Of a stretch of 64,000 nucleotides of DNA, positions 34,260 through 44,694 are shown one piece after another. A model generated the notes under the pieces. That model was not told where the DNA came from, did no database searches, and worked only from the letters and a program-made list of their open reading frames with translations. Source of the DNA: a virus (lineage: Duplodnaviria; Caudoviricetes); the IMG/VR virus record IMGVR_UViG_3300025314_000006. The stretch is one strand, 5' to 3'. The position numbers were made by a program, and so were the translations under genes. Every line of letters begins with the position of its first letter. The first letter of the stretch is position 1.

Positions 34260-35900
34260 TTATCTACGATTTATTTCATCTCTAACTTGTGCCGCTTTTC
34301 TATAGTCTTCATATTCTAAAGCTTTCTCAAGTTCGATGTTTAATTCATCTATATTCATATCAGTTACATTTTTTGTCGGAGCCGGTCCTTTTTCTTCTTC
34401 TGGAGTTCTCGTTAATAAATCTTCTTGATTTCTACCTAACAAAGCTGCTATTTCATCTTCATGTTCTGGAGGAAACATATCTTCTGGTTCAGGAATTTCC
34501 TCTCCTTGATTCTCATATGCTTCAATTTCACCACTTACAAGTCTTACTATTTGTTTTATTTTTTCTATAGCTCTTGGTCCGTCATGAATTGTGTCATCCA
34601 TTAATGTCATAAATTCGTCAGGTTCCATTGAGGCCATTTTATTAAGAACATAAGCTATTATGGTATAATCTTCACCTTCTTCGACAACAACAAACGATAA
34701 TGCATCATGAAGATATTTCCAAAATTGAGGTCCAATTAATTTTAACCAATGCTCATCATAATAAGAATCAGCCTGTTTAACAACTTCTTTAGCCAAAGGT
34801 TCTCCATGTTTTTCTTGAATGTCTGACAAATGTTGTAAAAACAAGATTTCAACTGCAGCTTTTGCTACTTCATGTAAAAGAACTGGAAATATAATAGCCG
34901 TTGCTTCTGCTTTCACTTCATCTCCTTGAGTATCTAACTTAGAACTTCCCCACATCTGTCTTGCTCCAAATGATTGTTCTACTGGCATTTTCCACATAAA
35001 TATTTCAACATTTGGCATCATTTTATTATATAAAGGATAAAGTCTTGGGTCAATTCCATCTAATGCATTTTTTATTTCATCAAAAACTTTATGTGCTCTA
35101 TATCCGGCACCCATCATAAGAGTATTGCTTACAATTCTCTTATTTACATGTTTTTTTATAATTTCTAATTCTTCTGGAGTAAACTGTTGTGCAACTTCTT
35201 CTTCTGGATCATCGTTATCTTCAGGTGGTTCGATTTCACCTGGGTTTTTTAATTTAGCATCAATCATTTGCATCACTTCATCAGAAAGACCAAATTTTCT
35301 TTTCACAATTTCTTTAGCTAAATTTTCTAATGCCCCTCTATTTCTTCTTTCATAAGTAAGAATCATATTAAGAGCATTTTGAATTTCCATCATGCTCATT
35401 GAACCGACGTCACCTAAAGTTCTTACAATTGATTTAAATTCTTCACTTCCTATTTTTTCAATAGTACTTTGGTCAAGTCTTTGTTTTGAAAATAATTCAA
35501 CATTACCAAAAGGCGTTTCTGATTGTCCTTGAATTCCACTTCTGATTGATGGATGTGGCTCGTGTTCTCCTGGGTCAATATCCATTGGAGCCTCTTTTAT
35601 AAGGCGCTTCATTCTGGATTTTTCTTTTTCTAACTTAGCCATTTTAACCCACTCATTAAGAAATTCTTCTGTTTTTATAGAATTTTGAATTTCTTTCTTT
35701 TTAGCTTTAGGATTTGGCTTTGGAAAAGTTCCGGGCTTAGGTATCTTAATAGGATTTGGACGTCTTTCTCTTTGTGGAGTTATTACCGGAGCTGGCTTAG
35801 TTGTTGGAGCAGGCTGTGCACCATTTTCTTTTAAAAATTTTTTGACTCCCTCTGAAATAAACTTTTGAAGTTGTTTTTTGGTAAGTTTTATGTTTTTCAT
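34260..35900 (-). CDS. Hypothetical protein with C-terminal UVR (UvrB/C) motif
   Basis: LEKALEYEDYRKAAQVRDEI C-terminus; N-terminal LTKKQLQKFISE...FLKE. Confidence 0.65.
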   Translation of the reverse strand: MKNIKLTKKQLQKFISEGVKKFLKENGAQPAPTTKPAPVITPQRERRPNPIKIPKPGTFPKPNPKAKKKEIQNSIKTEEFLNEWVKMAKLEKEKSRMKRLIKEAPMDIDPGEHEPHPSIRSGIQGQSETPFGNVELFSKQRLDQSTIEKIGSEEFKSIVRTLGDVGSMSMMEIQNALNMILTYERRNRGALENLAKEIVKRKFGLSDEVMQMIDAKLKNPGEIEPPEDNDDPEEEVAQQFTPEELEIIKKHVNKRIVSNTLMMGAGYRAHKVFDEIKNALDGIDPRLYPLYNKMMPNVEIFMWKMPVEQSFGARQMWGSSKLDTQGDEVKAEATAIIFPVLLHEVAKAAVEILFLQHLSDIQEKHGEPLAKEVVKQADSYYDEHWLKLIGPQFWKYLHDALSFVVVEEGEDYTIIAYVLNKMASMEPDEFMTLMDDTIHDGPRAIEKIKQIVRLVSGEIEAYENQGEEIPEPEDMFPPEHEDEIAALLGRNQEDLLTRTPEEEKGPAPTKNVTDMNIDELNIELEKALEYEDYRKAAQVRDEINRR

Positions 35901-36129
35901 GGTCTCAGTATTATGATTTACATTAAATAGGTCAAATTAATGTGTTTTCATAATCATTAAAACAATTCTATTTCTCCAAAAGATATTGCTTTTAACAAAT
36001 CATCAATAGTTTGAAGTTGCTCTTTGGTAAAATCCTTTTTTGCCACTATAAATTGTTTTTATTAAATAGTTTTAAATTAAGAAACCATCTTTTTTAGAGA
36101 TGGCTTCTTTGGTTAACGATAGGTTAAAA

Positions 36130-38700
36130 TTATGAACATTTGCTTGAGGAACAATTTATGCAAACAACGCACCCTTCTTGATAAACAAGTGTATTTTTAG
36201 CATTGCAATTAGAACAGGTTTCTGTACTTTTTTCACCATCTAATATGTATTTTTTTAAAGTTCTACCAATTGCTCTTGCAAAAGATGTTATATTTCCCTC
36301 TGATTTATTTAGTTGTTCAACAATGAATTTTATATCAGAACCATGTCTCAATGAAAGCGAAATCATACGAGTTAAAGCCTCTTGTTCATCAGTTTCAAAG
36401 TGCTCTACAATATTTTCAATTATCATTCCATCTGCATCAAGGTCATATCTTCCTCTTTTCACTTTTGTAAGAGTGCCATTTTTTAATTTTACCGGTAAGT
36501 GGATGGATTTTTCTTTAAAAGTAAAAACCTCATAAGGTTCTTCTGAAAGAAGCCCAACAAGAACAATCCATTTTTTACCATCGGTTGTTACGTGATATAT
36601 ATCACATGGTAGTGTTTTTGGTCTATGTGGAGCTGTTGTTTTATTAATTTTATTTGATTTTTCTTCTTCTTTTTTTTCTGCTGAACCAAGAACTTCTGTC
36701 ATTGTTCCTGCTCTATATGTAGTTCCTCCTTTTACGGTTTTAGTGTTAAATAAATCCATATATAGTTTTTTGAAATTTTCAAATGGGTAATCACTTGGTA
36801 TATTTACCGTTTTACTCATTGCTGAATCAATATATTTAGACATAACCTCCATTGTTTTTGAGTGTTCGTCAATTCCTAACTGAACAGTTGTTGCCGCCCA
36901 TTCAGCAGTATTTTCCCATTTGTTTTTTAATTCAAGGAAACGAACAGCATAATCTTTAACAACAGTTTCTCTTAATAGCCCTCTTGATTTATCAATCTTC
37001 CAAGAATATCCATCAAAATCTGTTTTTAATAAATTTTCATCCCCTTCCTTAATCCATTTCCACGACTGTAAGTTATCTGAATTAAGAGAAGATGGTTGTG
37101 TATTAAAGGCTTTATTCTCCCAATCAATATTGGAAGGCACAACAAGACCTTCTGGTGGATAAGGCATCATTGTCGTTCTTGTATACGTAGGCATAAATAC
37201 TGGTTCTAAACCACCACTTACAACATTTGCAAAAATAGAAGAGTTTCCTGTCGGTTGAATAGAAAGTAAGTGGGAATTTCTGATTCCATATCTTTCAATC
37301 ATAGATTGAGTTTCAGTGGAAAGATTTGAAATAAATTTACTTGCAAGATATTTTTCTTTATCAAATAATGGAAATGCTCCTTTTTCTTTTGCAATTAAAG
37401 AAGACGCCTGATAAGATTCATTTGCTATAAATTTCATTAGATTTTCTGTTATTTCTAAAGCGTAATCAGAACCATATCTTATATTTAACATCATTAAAGC
37501 TGAACCATATCCCATAATTCCAAGTCCAATTCTTCTTTTGCTTTTTAGATTTTCTTTTTGAGAGTCAAGAGGTACACTAGTTATATCATTAACATTATCC
37601 ATGAAACGTATTGCTATTGGTATTATTTCTTTAATTTTTTTATAATCCCAATCTTTTTTTTCAAAATCAATAAATTGCGTTAAATTTATTGAGCCAAGTA
37701 AACAGACACCGCCAGTTGGAAGTAATTGTTCACCACAAGGATTACTTGCTGATATATATTCATTATAATATAAATTATTTAATCTATTAATTGTATCAAC
37801 GAAAAGAACTCCTGGTTCATTTCTGTTATATGTGGATTTCATTATTAAATCCCATAATTCATTTGCATTTTTATAAGTTTTATAAATAATTACTGGATAA
37901 CCTTTTTCTTTCCATTTTTTCAGGTTTCCATCCCACTCTTTATTATATATATCTTTATTAAAATCAAAATCAGGAAATTCCAAATTCCAAGGAAGATTAT
38001 TTTGTACAGATTTCATAAATTCATCCGTTATTAAAAGTGACATATTAAATTTTGTCAACCTTCCAGGTGTTTGTTTTGCTGTTATAAACTCCTCAATATC
38101 AGGATGATAACACGACATTGTTACCATCTGGGCACCTTTTCTTATTTTTCCTTTTGCTTTTTCGTTTTTTGACTTTTTACCACTTCCTTCTGTTATCACA
38201 GCAGATTGTGTATCCCACATATCAAGCATTCTAACAGAACCAGGACTTTCATTCCCAATCCCTTCAATAAATCCACCTCTTGGCCTCATTGTATCAGCAC
38301 AAAATCCATAACCACCTTCAGACTTTAAAATAAGAGCTTGTCTTCTTAAAGCCGACAAGATTCCTTCCATAGAATCTCTGTCTTCTCCAACGAATCCATC
38401 TACAAAACAATTAATATAAGTGGTGCCCTTTATTCCGGTTCCAGCATTTGATGTAATTCTTCCTCCTGGAACGAATTTAAAATCTTCAAGCGCCCACATA
38501 AACTGATTTGTCCAATATTCTTGATTTAATTCTACTTTTGCTAAATCTTTAGCAACCCTCAATTGAGTTTCATCAATTGTTTCATTTAAATATTTATATG
38601 TTTGTTCATAAATTTCTTTACTAAATTCATCTACAAATTTCGTCCCTTTTATTTCTTTTAATTTTCCTTTTGTTTGATTTTCCATTGTTTCTATTGCCAT
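36130..38700 (-). CDS. nrdJ: Class II (adenosylcobalamin-dependent) ribonucleotide reductase
   Basis: PGGRI...NCFV, GGYG, KFNMS, SNPCGEQ, RRIGLG, QPTGN, SAMSKTVN, C-terminal EGCxxC zinc ribbon. Confidence 0.9.
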   Translation of the reverse strand: MAIETMENQTKGKLKEIKGTKFVDEFSKEIYEQTYKYLNETIDETQLRVAKDLAKVELNQEYWTNQFMWALEDFKFVPGGRITSNAGTGIKGTTYINCFVDGFVGEDRDSMEGILSALRRQALILKSEGGYGFCADTMRPRGGFIEGIGNESPGSVRMLDMWDTQSAVITEGSGKKSKNEKAKGKIRKGAQMVTMSCYHPDIEEFITAKQTPGRLTKFNMSLLITDEFMKSVQNNLPWNLEFPDFDFNKDIYNKEWDGNLKKWKEKGYPVIIYKTYKNANELWDLIMKSTYNRNEPGVLFVDTINRLNNLYYNEYISASNPCGEQLLPTGGVCLLGSINLTQFIDFEKKDWDYKKIKEIIPIAIRFMDNVNDITSVPLDSQKENLKSKRRIGLGIMGYGSALMMLNIRYGSDYALEITENLMKFIANESYQASSLIAKEKGAFPLFDKEKYLASKFISNLSTETQSMIERYGIRNSHLLSIQPTGNSSIFANVVSGGLEPVFMPTYTRTTMMPYPPEGLVVPSNIDWENKAFNTQPSSLNSDNLQSWKWIKEGDENLLKTDFDGYSWKIDKSRGLLRETVVKDYAVRFLELKNKWENTAEWAATTVQLGIDEHSKTMEVMSKYIDSAMSKTVNIPSDYPFENFKKLYMDLFNTKTVKGGTTYRAGTMTEVLGSAEKKEEEKSNKINKTTAPHRPKTLPCDIYHVTTDGKKWIVLVGLLSEEPYEVFTFKEKSIHLPVKLKNGTLTKVKRGRYDLDADGMIIENIVEHFETDEQEALTRMISLSLRHGSDIKFIVEQLNKSEGNITSFARAIGRTLKKYILDGEKSTETCSNCNAKNTLVYQEGCVVCINCSSSKCS

Positions 38701-38803
38701 TTGTTTTAATTTATTTTTTGTTGAATTAAATAATAAGTATTTTTCTTAATGTTCAGAGAAAAGAGGATAGTCCTAAAAAGAAATGCTAAAATAATAGAAT
38801 ATT

Positions 38804-39241
38804 TTAATTACGATTTCTAATTTGAGCTTCCATAGTTAACGCCTTAATGCCGGATTTTATATTTGCGTTATTTTCATCTTCTATTTGTATATCTATTTTT
38901 GAAGTGTCAAAGATCATTCTTAACGAATATCCATCTTCTCCATTTCTGTTTTTTAAAACCATCATTGTGGCTTTCTTAATAACTTTATCCTCATCTGGTC
39001 TCGCAATTCCTAAAATAATATCAGCTGTTTGTGCTTTACCAAGGCTTTCAGAGATTGTATCGAGACCGAACTTGTCTTTATTCATTGAACTATTATGAGT
39101 GTAAATGTCATTTGCAAAAAACATATGTGCATCCTCCACTGTTATATCAACAGTTTCTTCTTCTCCAATTAATTCTATGGACATTATTTCATCTTCTAAA
39201 ATGTCTATTATTGACTCACTTACTATATTCTGTTTTTTCAT
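38804..39241 (-). CDS. dnaB: Split DnaB helicase, C part: IntC (50 aa) plus C-extein
   Basis: ...DITVEDAHMFFANDIYTHN|S splice junction at 39092/39091, followed by ISESLGKAQTAD...KNRNG. Confidence 0.88.
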   Translation of the reverse strand: MKKQNIVSESIIDILEDEIMSIELIGEEETVDITVEDAHMFFANDIYTHNSSMNKDKFGLDTISESLGKAQTADIILGIARPDEDKVIKKATMMVLKNRNGEDGYSLRMIFDTSKIDIQIEDENNANIKSGIKALTMEAQIRNRN

Positions 39242-40472
39242 TTTTTATAAAATTTATACATTTTTCTATTATTTGTTTTTTGTCGTTTTTATAATCTAAC
39301 TCTGGTATTCTTAACACTTCATATCCTTTACTAATTAAAAAACAATCTCTCAAAATATCTCTTTCTTTTTGTTTCGTGGATGAATGCCAAAAATCACCAT
39401 CAAATTCTATTATTTTATTTTCAAATTTAAAATCCACACTTATAACATATATATCATTTTGATATGTATAAAAAACATGTTCCTCATTAAGTTCTGCAAA
39501 ATAACATTTACTTTTTTCGAATTCATCAATTTGTTCATATATGCTCCAAAACAATTCTTGTGATATTTTACTATAATTTTTTAAAAATCTTCCATTAATA
39601 ATAAGCTGTGTAAATCGTTCTTGTCTTTTTATGGGACCAACAATTGGACCATACCTTTCTATATAACCCTCAACAGAATTTGAATAAGAAACTTTTTTAC
39701 AATATTCTTCGTATCTTTTTTTGCCATCAACCTCACCGTATCTTTTTTTAAATGCTTTTAAACTTGTTTTATCCATTGATTTGCAATATTTTTCATATTC
39801 ATCTTTACCTTTTTCTTCGCCATGCTTTTCAATATACGTTTCAAGAGAATTCCTTTTTGACATTCTAATTGAATTTTCATTCCAAATTCTTGTACCTTCT
39901 TCTTCTCCATATATCTCAATGCGCCTTTCTAATGTGGACCCATTTTTCCAATCTCCTTTTTCTTTTTTCTTTTGAATTCCGACTCTCCATTTCTCTAAAT
40001 AAGAATTCCATCTTTTTAAACCCTCTTCTTCTCCATATCTTTCGGTCATTATTTCTAATGATACACTTCTTTTACTTTTTCTAATTTCATCCCAAATTTT
40101 ATTACCCTCATCTTCTCCTAATTTAACAATAAGTTTTTCAAGAGTGACAACACATTTTTCATTTTTTTCATCAAATTGCTTTTGACCCTCAACCTCTCCA
40201 TATCTTAATATGAAAGATTCTAATGATGATGAATTTCTATTAAATTTTTCTTTTATTAATTTTATTCTCGTTATCCAATCACATTCTATATTATTTATTA
40301 TAAAGTCTACTATTAATTTAAAATTGTTATGTATAAAAATTTTATTAAATTCTTCTATAATATTTGTTAATTGTTCTTTTTGAAACTCATTAATTTTATT
40401 AACATCTAAACATTTTAAAGATTTAATATTTAATAATTCTTCTATTGTTTTAAACTTTTTTATTTTTTCCAT
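39216..40472 (-). CDS. Free-standing endonuclease between the split intein halves
   Basis: Repeated (R/K)YGEEEG motifs; C-terminal IIEFDGDFWH...RD Vsr/DUF559-like domain. Confidence 0.8.
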   Translation of the reverse strand: MEKIKKFKTIEELLNIKSLKCLDVNKINEFQKEQLTNIIEEFNKIFIHNNFKLIVDFIINNIECDWITRIKLIKEKFNRNSSSLESFILRYGEVEGQKQFDEKNEKCVVTLEKLIVKLGEDEGNKIWDEIRKSKRSVSLEIMTERYGEEEGLKRWNSYLEKWRVGIQKKKEKGDWKNGSTLERRIEIYGEEEGTRIWNENSIRMSKRNSLETYIEKHGEEKGKDEYEKYCKSMDKTSLKAFKKRYGEVDGKKRYEEYCKKVSYSNSVEGYIERYGPIVGPIKRQERFTQLIINGRFLKNYSKISQELFWSIYEQIDEFEKSKCYFAELNEEHVFYTYQNDIYVISVDFKFENKIIEFDGDFWHSSTKQKERDILRDCFLISKGYEVLRIPELDYKNDKKQIIEKCINFIKNEKTEYSK

Positions 40473-40515
40473 ACATATAAATAGTATGAAAATAAAATTT
40501 TGAGAGCGACACAAA

Positions 40516-41865
40516 CTACTTTTTAGAAAATAAAAAATCTCCTTTTGATAATCCGCTTTCTATAGATTTATATTCATTATTTTTTATTGGAAAAAAATGT
40601 TTTGAAGAACATAATATTTCCTTTCCGCTTTTTAGTTTAATTTTATACACACTTTGTTTTTCAATTGGGAAAATATTAATTACTTTTTTAAAACCAAGAT
40701 GTGTCAAAATTAAATCATTAACTTTTAAGTATTGTATTTCTTTTTTACCATCTGGAGTATCAATTAGAGAATTTAACCCTAAACATCTTCCACTCTGAGA
40801 AGCTGTCCAGATTGGAATATTCATTTCCATTGCCATTCCTCTCAGACCTTCATAAATTGAAGTCAGTGCAAATCTTTTTTCTGAAAAACTTGATGTAGCC
40901 TTCATTATGTCAGCATAATCAATAATAATTACATCTGGCACAATACCTTCTCTTTCTAAAACTTTAAGATGCGATTTAATAGTATTTAAAGACGCTGAAC
41001 CAGTTGGAAATTCCTTAATTATAAGATTTCCACCTTGTTTTGAAATTTCTAAAAGAGTTTCTCTTATTACATCAGGATATTCAATAACATCTTTTAAAGG
41101 TAAACCGGTTAAACACGAATCTATTCTATTGCCAATAGCACTTTCCTGTAACTCGAGTGTATAATATATTACTTGTTTTCCTGCCTTTAATGCAGTACAC
41201 GCAAATTTTACTAACATCATGGATTTTCCTCCACCAGTTGGAGAAAGTATAATTCCAAGCTCTCCACCAGCAAGACCTCCACCTATTTTTGAATCAAGAC
41301 CACTCATTGCCGGAATTGGAGTTCTATATTTTTTTATTAATCTCTTTTCCATATCCTTAAGATAATTGTGACCACTACTTTTTGGCTCACCAACCTTAAG
41401 CGCTTCGGAAATTATTTGAGCTATATTTTCATAATCTCCCTTTTCCCAATTATCAACAGCATCAATAAGTCCCTTTTTTAACGATTGTTTACGACAAAAA
41501 TTTAAAGCAATATCTTTTACATTAAGCTTATCAGTAATTCTCTGTTCTTCAATAAGCCGGATTAATTCAATGAGATTGTCTTTTAATTGTCCTTCGAGTT
41601 CTTTTTCGTTTACTATATCTCTAAGAGTTTGATATTCTGGTATAATATTGTATTTTGTAACAAAATCAAGAATATGCCTAATTAATGTTTTGATATATAT
41701 ACCATCAAAATATTCCGGCTTTAAAATATCTATAATTTGTGTTGAGAATTCGCCTTGTTTATCTTCTATTATAACTTTGATTAACTTTTTTTGAAAATTT
41801 AAATCCAGTAAGGTAAGGGGCTGATTAACATTTTTTATTGCACTATTAATTTCAGTATTTTCCAT
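40516..41865 (-). CDS. dnaB: Split DnaB/gp41-like helicase, N part: N-extein plus IntN (89 aa)
   Basis: SPTGGGKS Walker A, IIIDYAD, IWTASQSGR|CLGLNS...TPDG...CSSKH; intein starts at Cys codon 40785. Confidence 0.9.
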   Translation of the reverse strand: MENTEINSAIKNVNQPLTLLDLNFQKKLIKVIIEDKQGEFSTQIIDILKPEYFDGIYIKTLIRHILDFVTKYNIIPEYQTLRDIVNEKELEGQLKDNLIELIRLIEEQRITDKLNVKDIALNFCRKQSLKKGLIDAVDNWEKGDYENIAQIISEALKVGEPKSSGHNYLKDMEKRLIKKYRTPIPAMSGLDSKIGGGLAGGELGIILSPTGGGKSMMLVKFACTALKAGKQVIYYTLELQESAIGNRIDSCLTGLPLKDVIEYPDVIRETLLEISKQGGNLIIKEFPTGSASLNTIKSHLKVLEREGIVPDVIIIDYADIMKATSSFSEKRFALTSIYEGLRGMAMEMNIPIWTASQSGRCLGLNSLIDTPDGKKEIQYLKVNDLILTHLGFKKVINIFPIEKQSVYKIKLKSGKEILCSSKHFFPIKNNEYKSIESGLSKGDFLFSKK

Positions 41866-42124
41866 GTCACGTATTTTTATAATACCAATATGATATTATT
41901 CCTGCTTTAACACAAACCTGTGCGTTTGCTCCAACAAACACAGATTCGATTCTTTTATTATGTTGCAAATGTATTTAACTTTTTTCCATTCCAGAGCTTA
42001 ATAAATAAAAACTATTAACAAAATAAAAGATTATTATTAACCAGCTTACTTTATTAAATAGGCTATTATTTAAAGAACAATTTTAAATTCGTTTAGTTGA
42101 TTTTAGACGTTTTTGTGGTGGATA

Positions 42125-42421
42125 TCAACTTTTTTCTATGTCATGATTTTCTGACCACAACTTATCCATTTGTTCTTTTTTAATTTTCTCAAGAATTTCC
42201 TGCTCACTCTTTCTGAGTTCTTCTTGGATTTTTCTAACAAAATCTACCATCAGAAAATGTAAACTACTTTTTTCAATTGATTCCGGCGAGTATTTATCTG
42301 CTGGAAAATCTCTTTTAACAACAATAACTTTTCCATTATATTCAAGTTTTAAAGAGAAAAAGTTAGCTGTTTTCCCAGCCTCGTTTAATTTTTTAATAAG
42401 TTCTTTATCTTTTTTTTCCAT
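42125..42421 (-). CDS. Hypothetical protein
   Basis: 98-aa ORF. Confidence 0.6.
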   Translation of the reverse strand: MEKKDKELIKKLNEAGKTANFFSLKLEYNGKVIVVKRDFPADKYSPESIEKSSLHFLMVDFVRKIQEELRKSEQEILEKIKKEQMDKLWSENHDIEKS

Positions 42422-42422
42422 T

Positions 42423-43451
42423 TTAATTTCCTAAAATTTTCCGTGAATACTCAGTTTCTTTGGCAACCAACCTAAAAAATGGCCGGAAGAAAAAATCCAT
42501 ATTTTCTTGCCATACTAATTTATTATAACCATCTTTTATCATCATTTTCATCGCATTTGATATGCTTCTTTGTGTAAAACTGTTGTCTTCTACAATTACA
42601 CATTCTCGTATGGTTTCAATTTCTTCAATAGCTTCTTCTGTTAAAAACGGATTATGTAAATCCATAAGCTTTTTATTACGCTCTATAGTTCTTCTGCATC
42701 CAATTATTTTTTCAAATAATTTTATTTTTTTATTTTGATATAATTCTACCGCTTCTTTAATAAATCGTTCGATGTCGTACACTTCATCAGCAAACCTTGG
42801 AAAGTATTTTAAAATGGATTTTTCAGCCACTCCGTCTACTCCTGGAATGCAATCTGATGTGTCTCCTTCAAAACATTTCATTATCAAAGAATTTTCCGGA
42901 ATATAACCAAACGTTTCTTTGAAGTTATTATATGTAATCAAGAAATTATCTGATGGTCTAAGAACCGAAACTCCTTCTGAAATTAACTGATAATAATCTT
43001 TATCAGAACTGAATATTACAATATTTTCTTCCGGCTCTTTTAAAAGAACATATTTTGCTATTAAATCATCCGCCTCAATCAAATTTACTTCTACTTGCCT
43101 AATATATAATTCTTCTAAATAATTTTTAACTTTTATTTTTTGAGTTAACTGGCTGTATTTTTTTGCAGCCTCATGACCGGTTTCTTCCTCTGTAAGAAGA
43201 TATGATTCTTCGTCCCAGCTTTTATCCCTATTTTCCTTGTAGTGAGGGTAGATATCGTGTCGGAATTTTCCGCCTGCGATTCCGTCCCACATCGCAACTA
43301 CGCGGTCCGGTGACTCTTTGTTTATCACAGCTCGTAGACTTTCTAAAAAACCAAAAGAACCTCCACAGTGTTCGCCTTTAGCAAACATGTTTTCTCTTTT
43401 TTTAAAATTTCTTTTAAGATTCCAATCCGAGTCCAAAATCAACACACGCAT
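42423..43451 (-). CDS. 5'-3' exonuclease/flap endonuclease (Pol I N-terminal or T4 RNase H-like)
   Basis: YKENR, EADDLIA, SSDKDYYQL, GDTSDCIPGVDGVAEK. Confidence 0.9.
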   Translation of the reverse strand: MRVLILDSDWNLKRNFKKRENMFAKGEHCGGSFGFLESLRAVINKESPDRVVAMWDGIAGGKFRHDIYPHYKENRDKSWDEESYLLTEEETGHEAAKKYSQLTQKIKVKNYLEELYIRQVEVNLIEADDLIAKYVLLKEPEENIVIFSSDKDYYQLISEGVSVLRPSDNFLITYNNFKETFGYIPENSLIMKCFEGDTSDCIPGVDGVAEKSILKYFPRFADEVYDIERFIKEAVELYQNKKIKLFEKIIGCRRTIERNKKLMDLHNPFLTEEAIEEIETIRECVIVEDNSFTQRSISNAMKMMIKDGYNKLVWQENMDFFFRPFFRLVAKETEYSRKILGN

Positions 43452-43466
43452 AATTTTATTTTTTAT

Positions 43467-44624
43467 TTAACTTCTTTTGATATTAGATTCTTTGAAAGTA
43501 TAATTTTGAAACTTTTCTTCATATTTTTCAGTGAAAGTGATGATTTTCTCATCATGTAATTTTTGTAATTCTTCAAAAGAAATTTTATCTATATCTATCA
43601 GTTCGTATGTAAAATTATTAAGTTCACAAAATTTTTCAGCAGCCAATTTTTTAGCAAGAACAGCTGGAGAATTATGTAATTTTTGTGGTTTACATTCAAT
43701 TATTCGTTTACCTTCAATTACAAAATCAGGAAAATAATTTCTTGTTTCACCAGTATAATCAATGTATTCGATTTTATATTTTTGAGATTCTCCTGTTTCC
43801 CATTTTAATTCTTCTTTTTCTATAACATTAATCATATAAGACAATTCTCTTAAACTTCTGAAAAACCAATTTTTATACCAACCAGACCAACCGTTACCGG
43901 AGCCATTTGGAGATGGTTTTCCAAACATTGGATTATTTTCTCCAGACGAATTTTTGCTTTGCAATTTTAACCACTCGTCATTTCTTTTATTTCCTTCTTC
44001 TTCTCCTAATTTTTTTATCCAAATATCTTTCAGAGTCCCTCTACCAAATGCTGGATTGTTTTCACCAGAAAGTTTTTCACTTATTTTTTTTCTAAACTCG
44101 TCTGTTTGTTGTCGCTCTTGAAAATTTGCCCAAGATTCTGATGTTTGATGTGAATTTTGTATTTTATTTATAGTTTCTTGTGAATGTGTTTTTCCATAAA
44201 ATGAATTTTTATCTCCTTTACTACCACAAGATTTACATAATCTTTTTTCTTTTTCAGCCTCATCTCTATCAAATTTTGCGACATATGATATTTCTTCTAC
44301 ACACTCTGGACAGTTTCTGTAATATTTTTGTTCTTTTTTATTTTTATAAAATTCTTTAATTAAAGGCTGTATGGATTTTACGAACTTTTCCCAACGCGCT
44401 CCATTTTTTTGAAATAAAATTATTATTTTATCATTTGTATCTGCGTCAAATTTGTGAAGATAAACTTCTTTCATCTTAATTTCATTTTCTTCAAAAAACC
44501 TATTATTAACACATTTTCTACAGAGTTTTTTCTTTCTTTCAGAATTGTTTCTGTTTTTTTTATTTGTGTAATAAATATTTTCATTACATTGAGGACAATT
44601 TCTTTCAAATTTTTCTTTTTCCAT
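43467..44624 (-). CDS. Putative homing endonuclease (NUMOD3 plus TnsA-like PD-(D/E)xK)
   Basis: FYGKTHSQET, GENNPMFGK, YFPDFVI...IIECKP. Confidence 0.8.
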   Translation of the reverse strand: MEKEKFERNCPQCNENIYYTNKKNRNNSERKKKLCRKCVNNRFFEENEIKMKEVYLHKFDADTNDKIIILFQKNGARWEKFVKSIQPLIKEFYKNKKEQKYYRNCPECVEEISYVAKFDRDEAEKEKRLCKSCGSKGDKNSFYGKTHSQETINKIQNSHQTSESWANFQERQQTDEFRKKISEKLSGENNPAFGRGTLKDIWIKKLGEEEGNKRNDEWLKLQSKNSSGENNPMFGKPSPNGSGNGWSGWYKNWFFRSLRELSYMINVIEKEELKWETGESQKYKIEYIDYTGETRNYFPDFVIEGKRIIECKPQKLHNSPAVLAKKLAAEKFCELNNFTYELIDIDKISFEELQKLHDEKIITFTEKYEEKFQNYTFKESNIKRS

Positions 44625-44694
44625 GATTTATTTTTATTATAAATAGAATAATTATTCCAGAATCACTTCAACCTAAAAACATTTTTAACACCGG

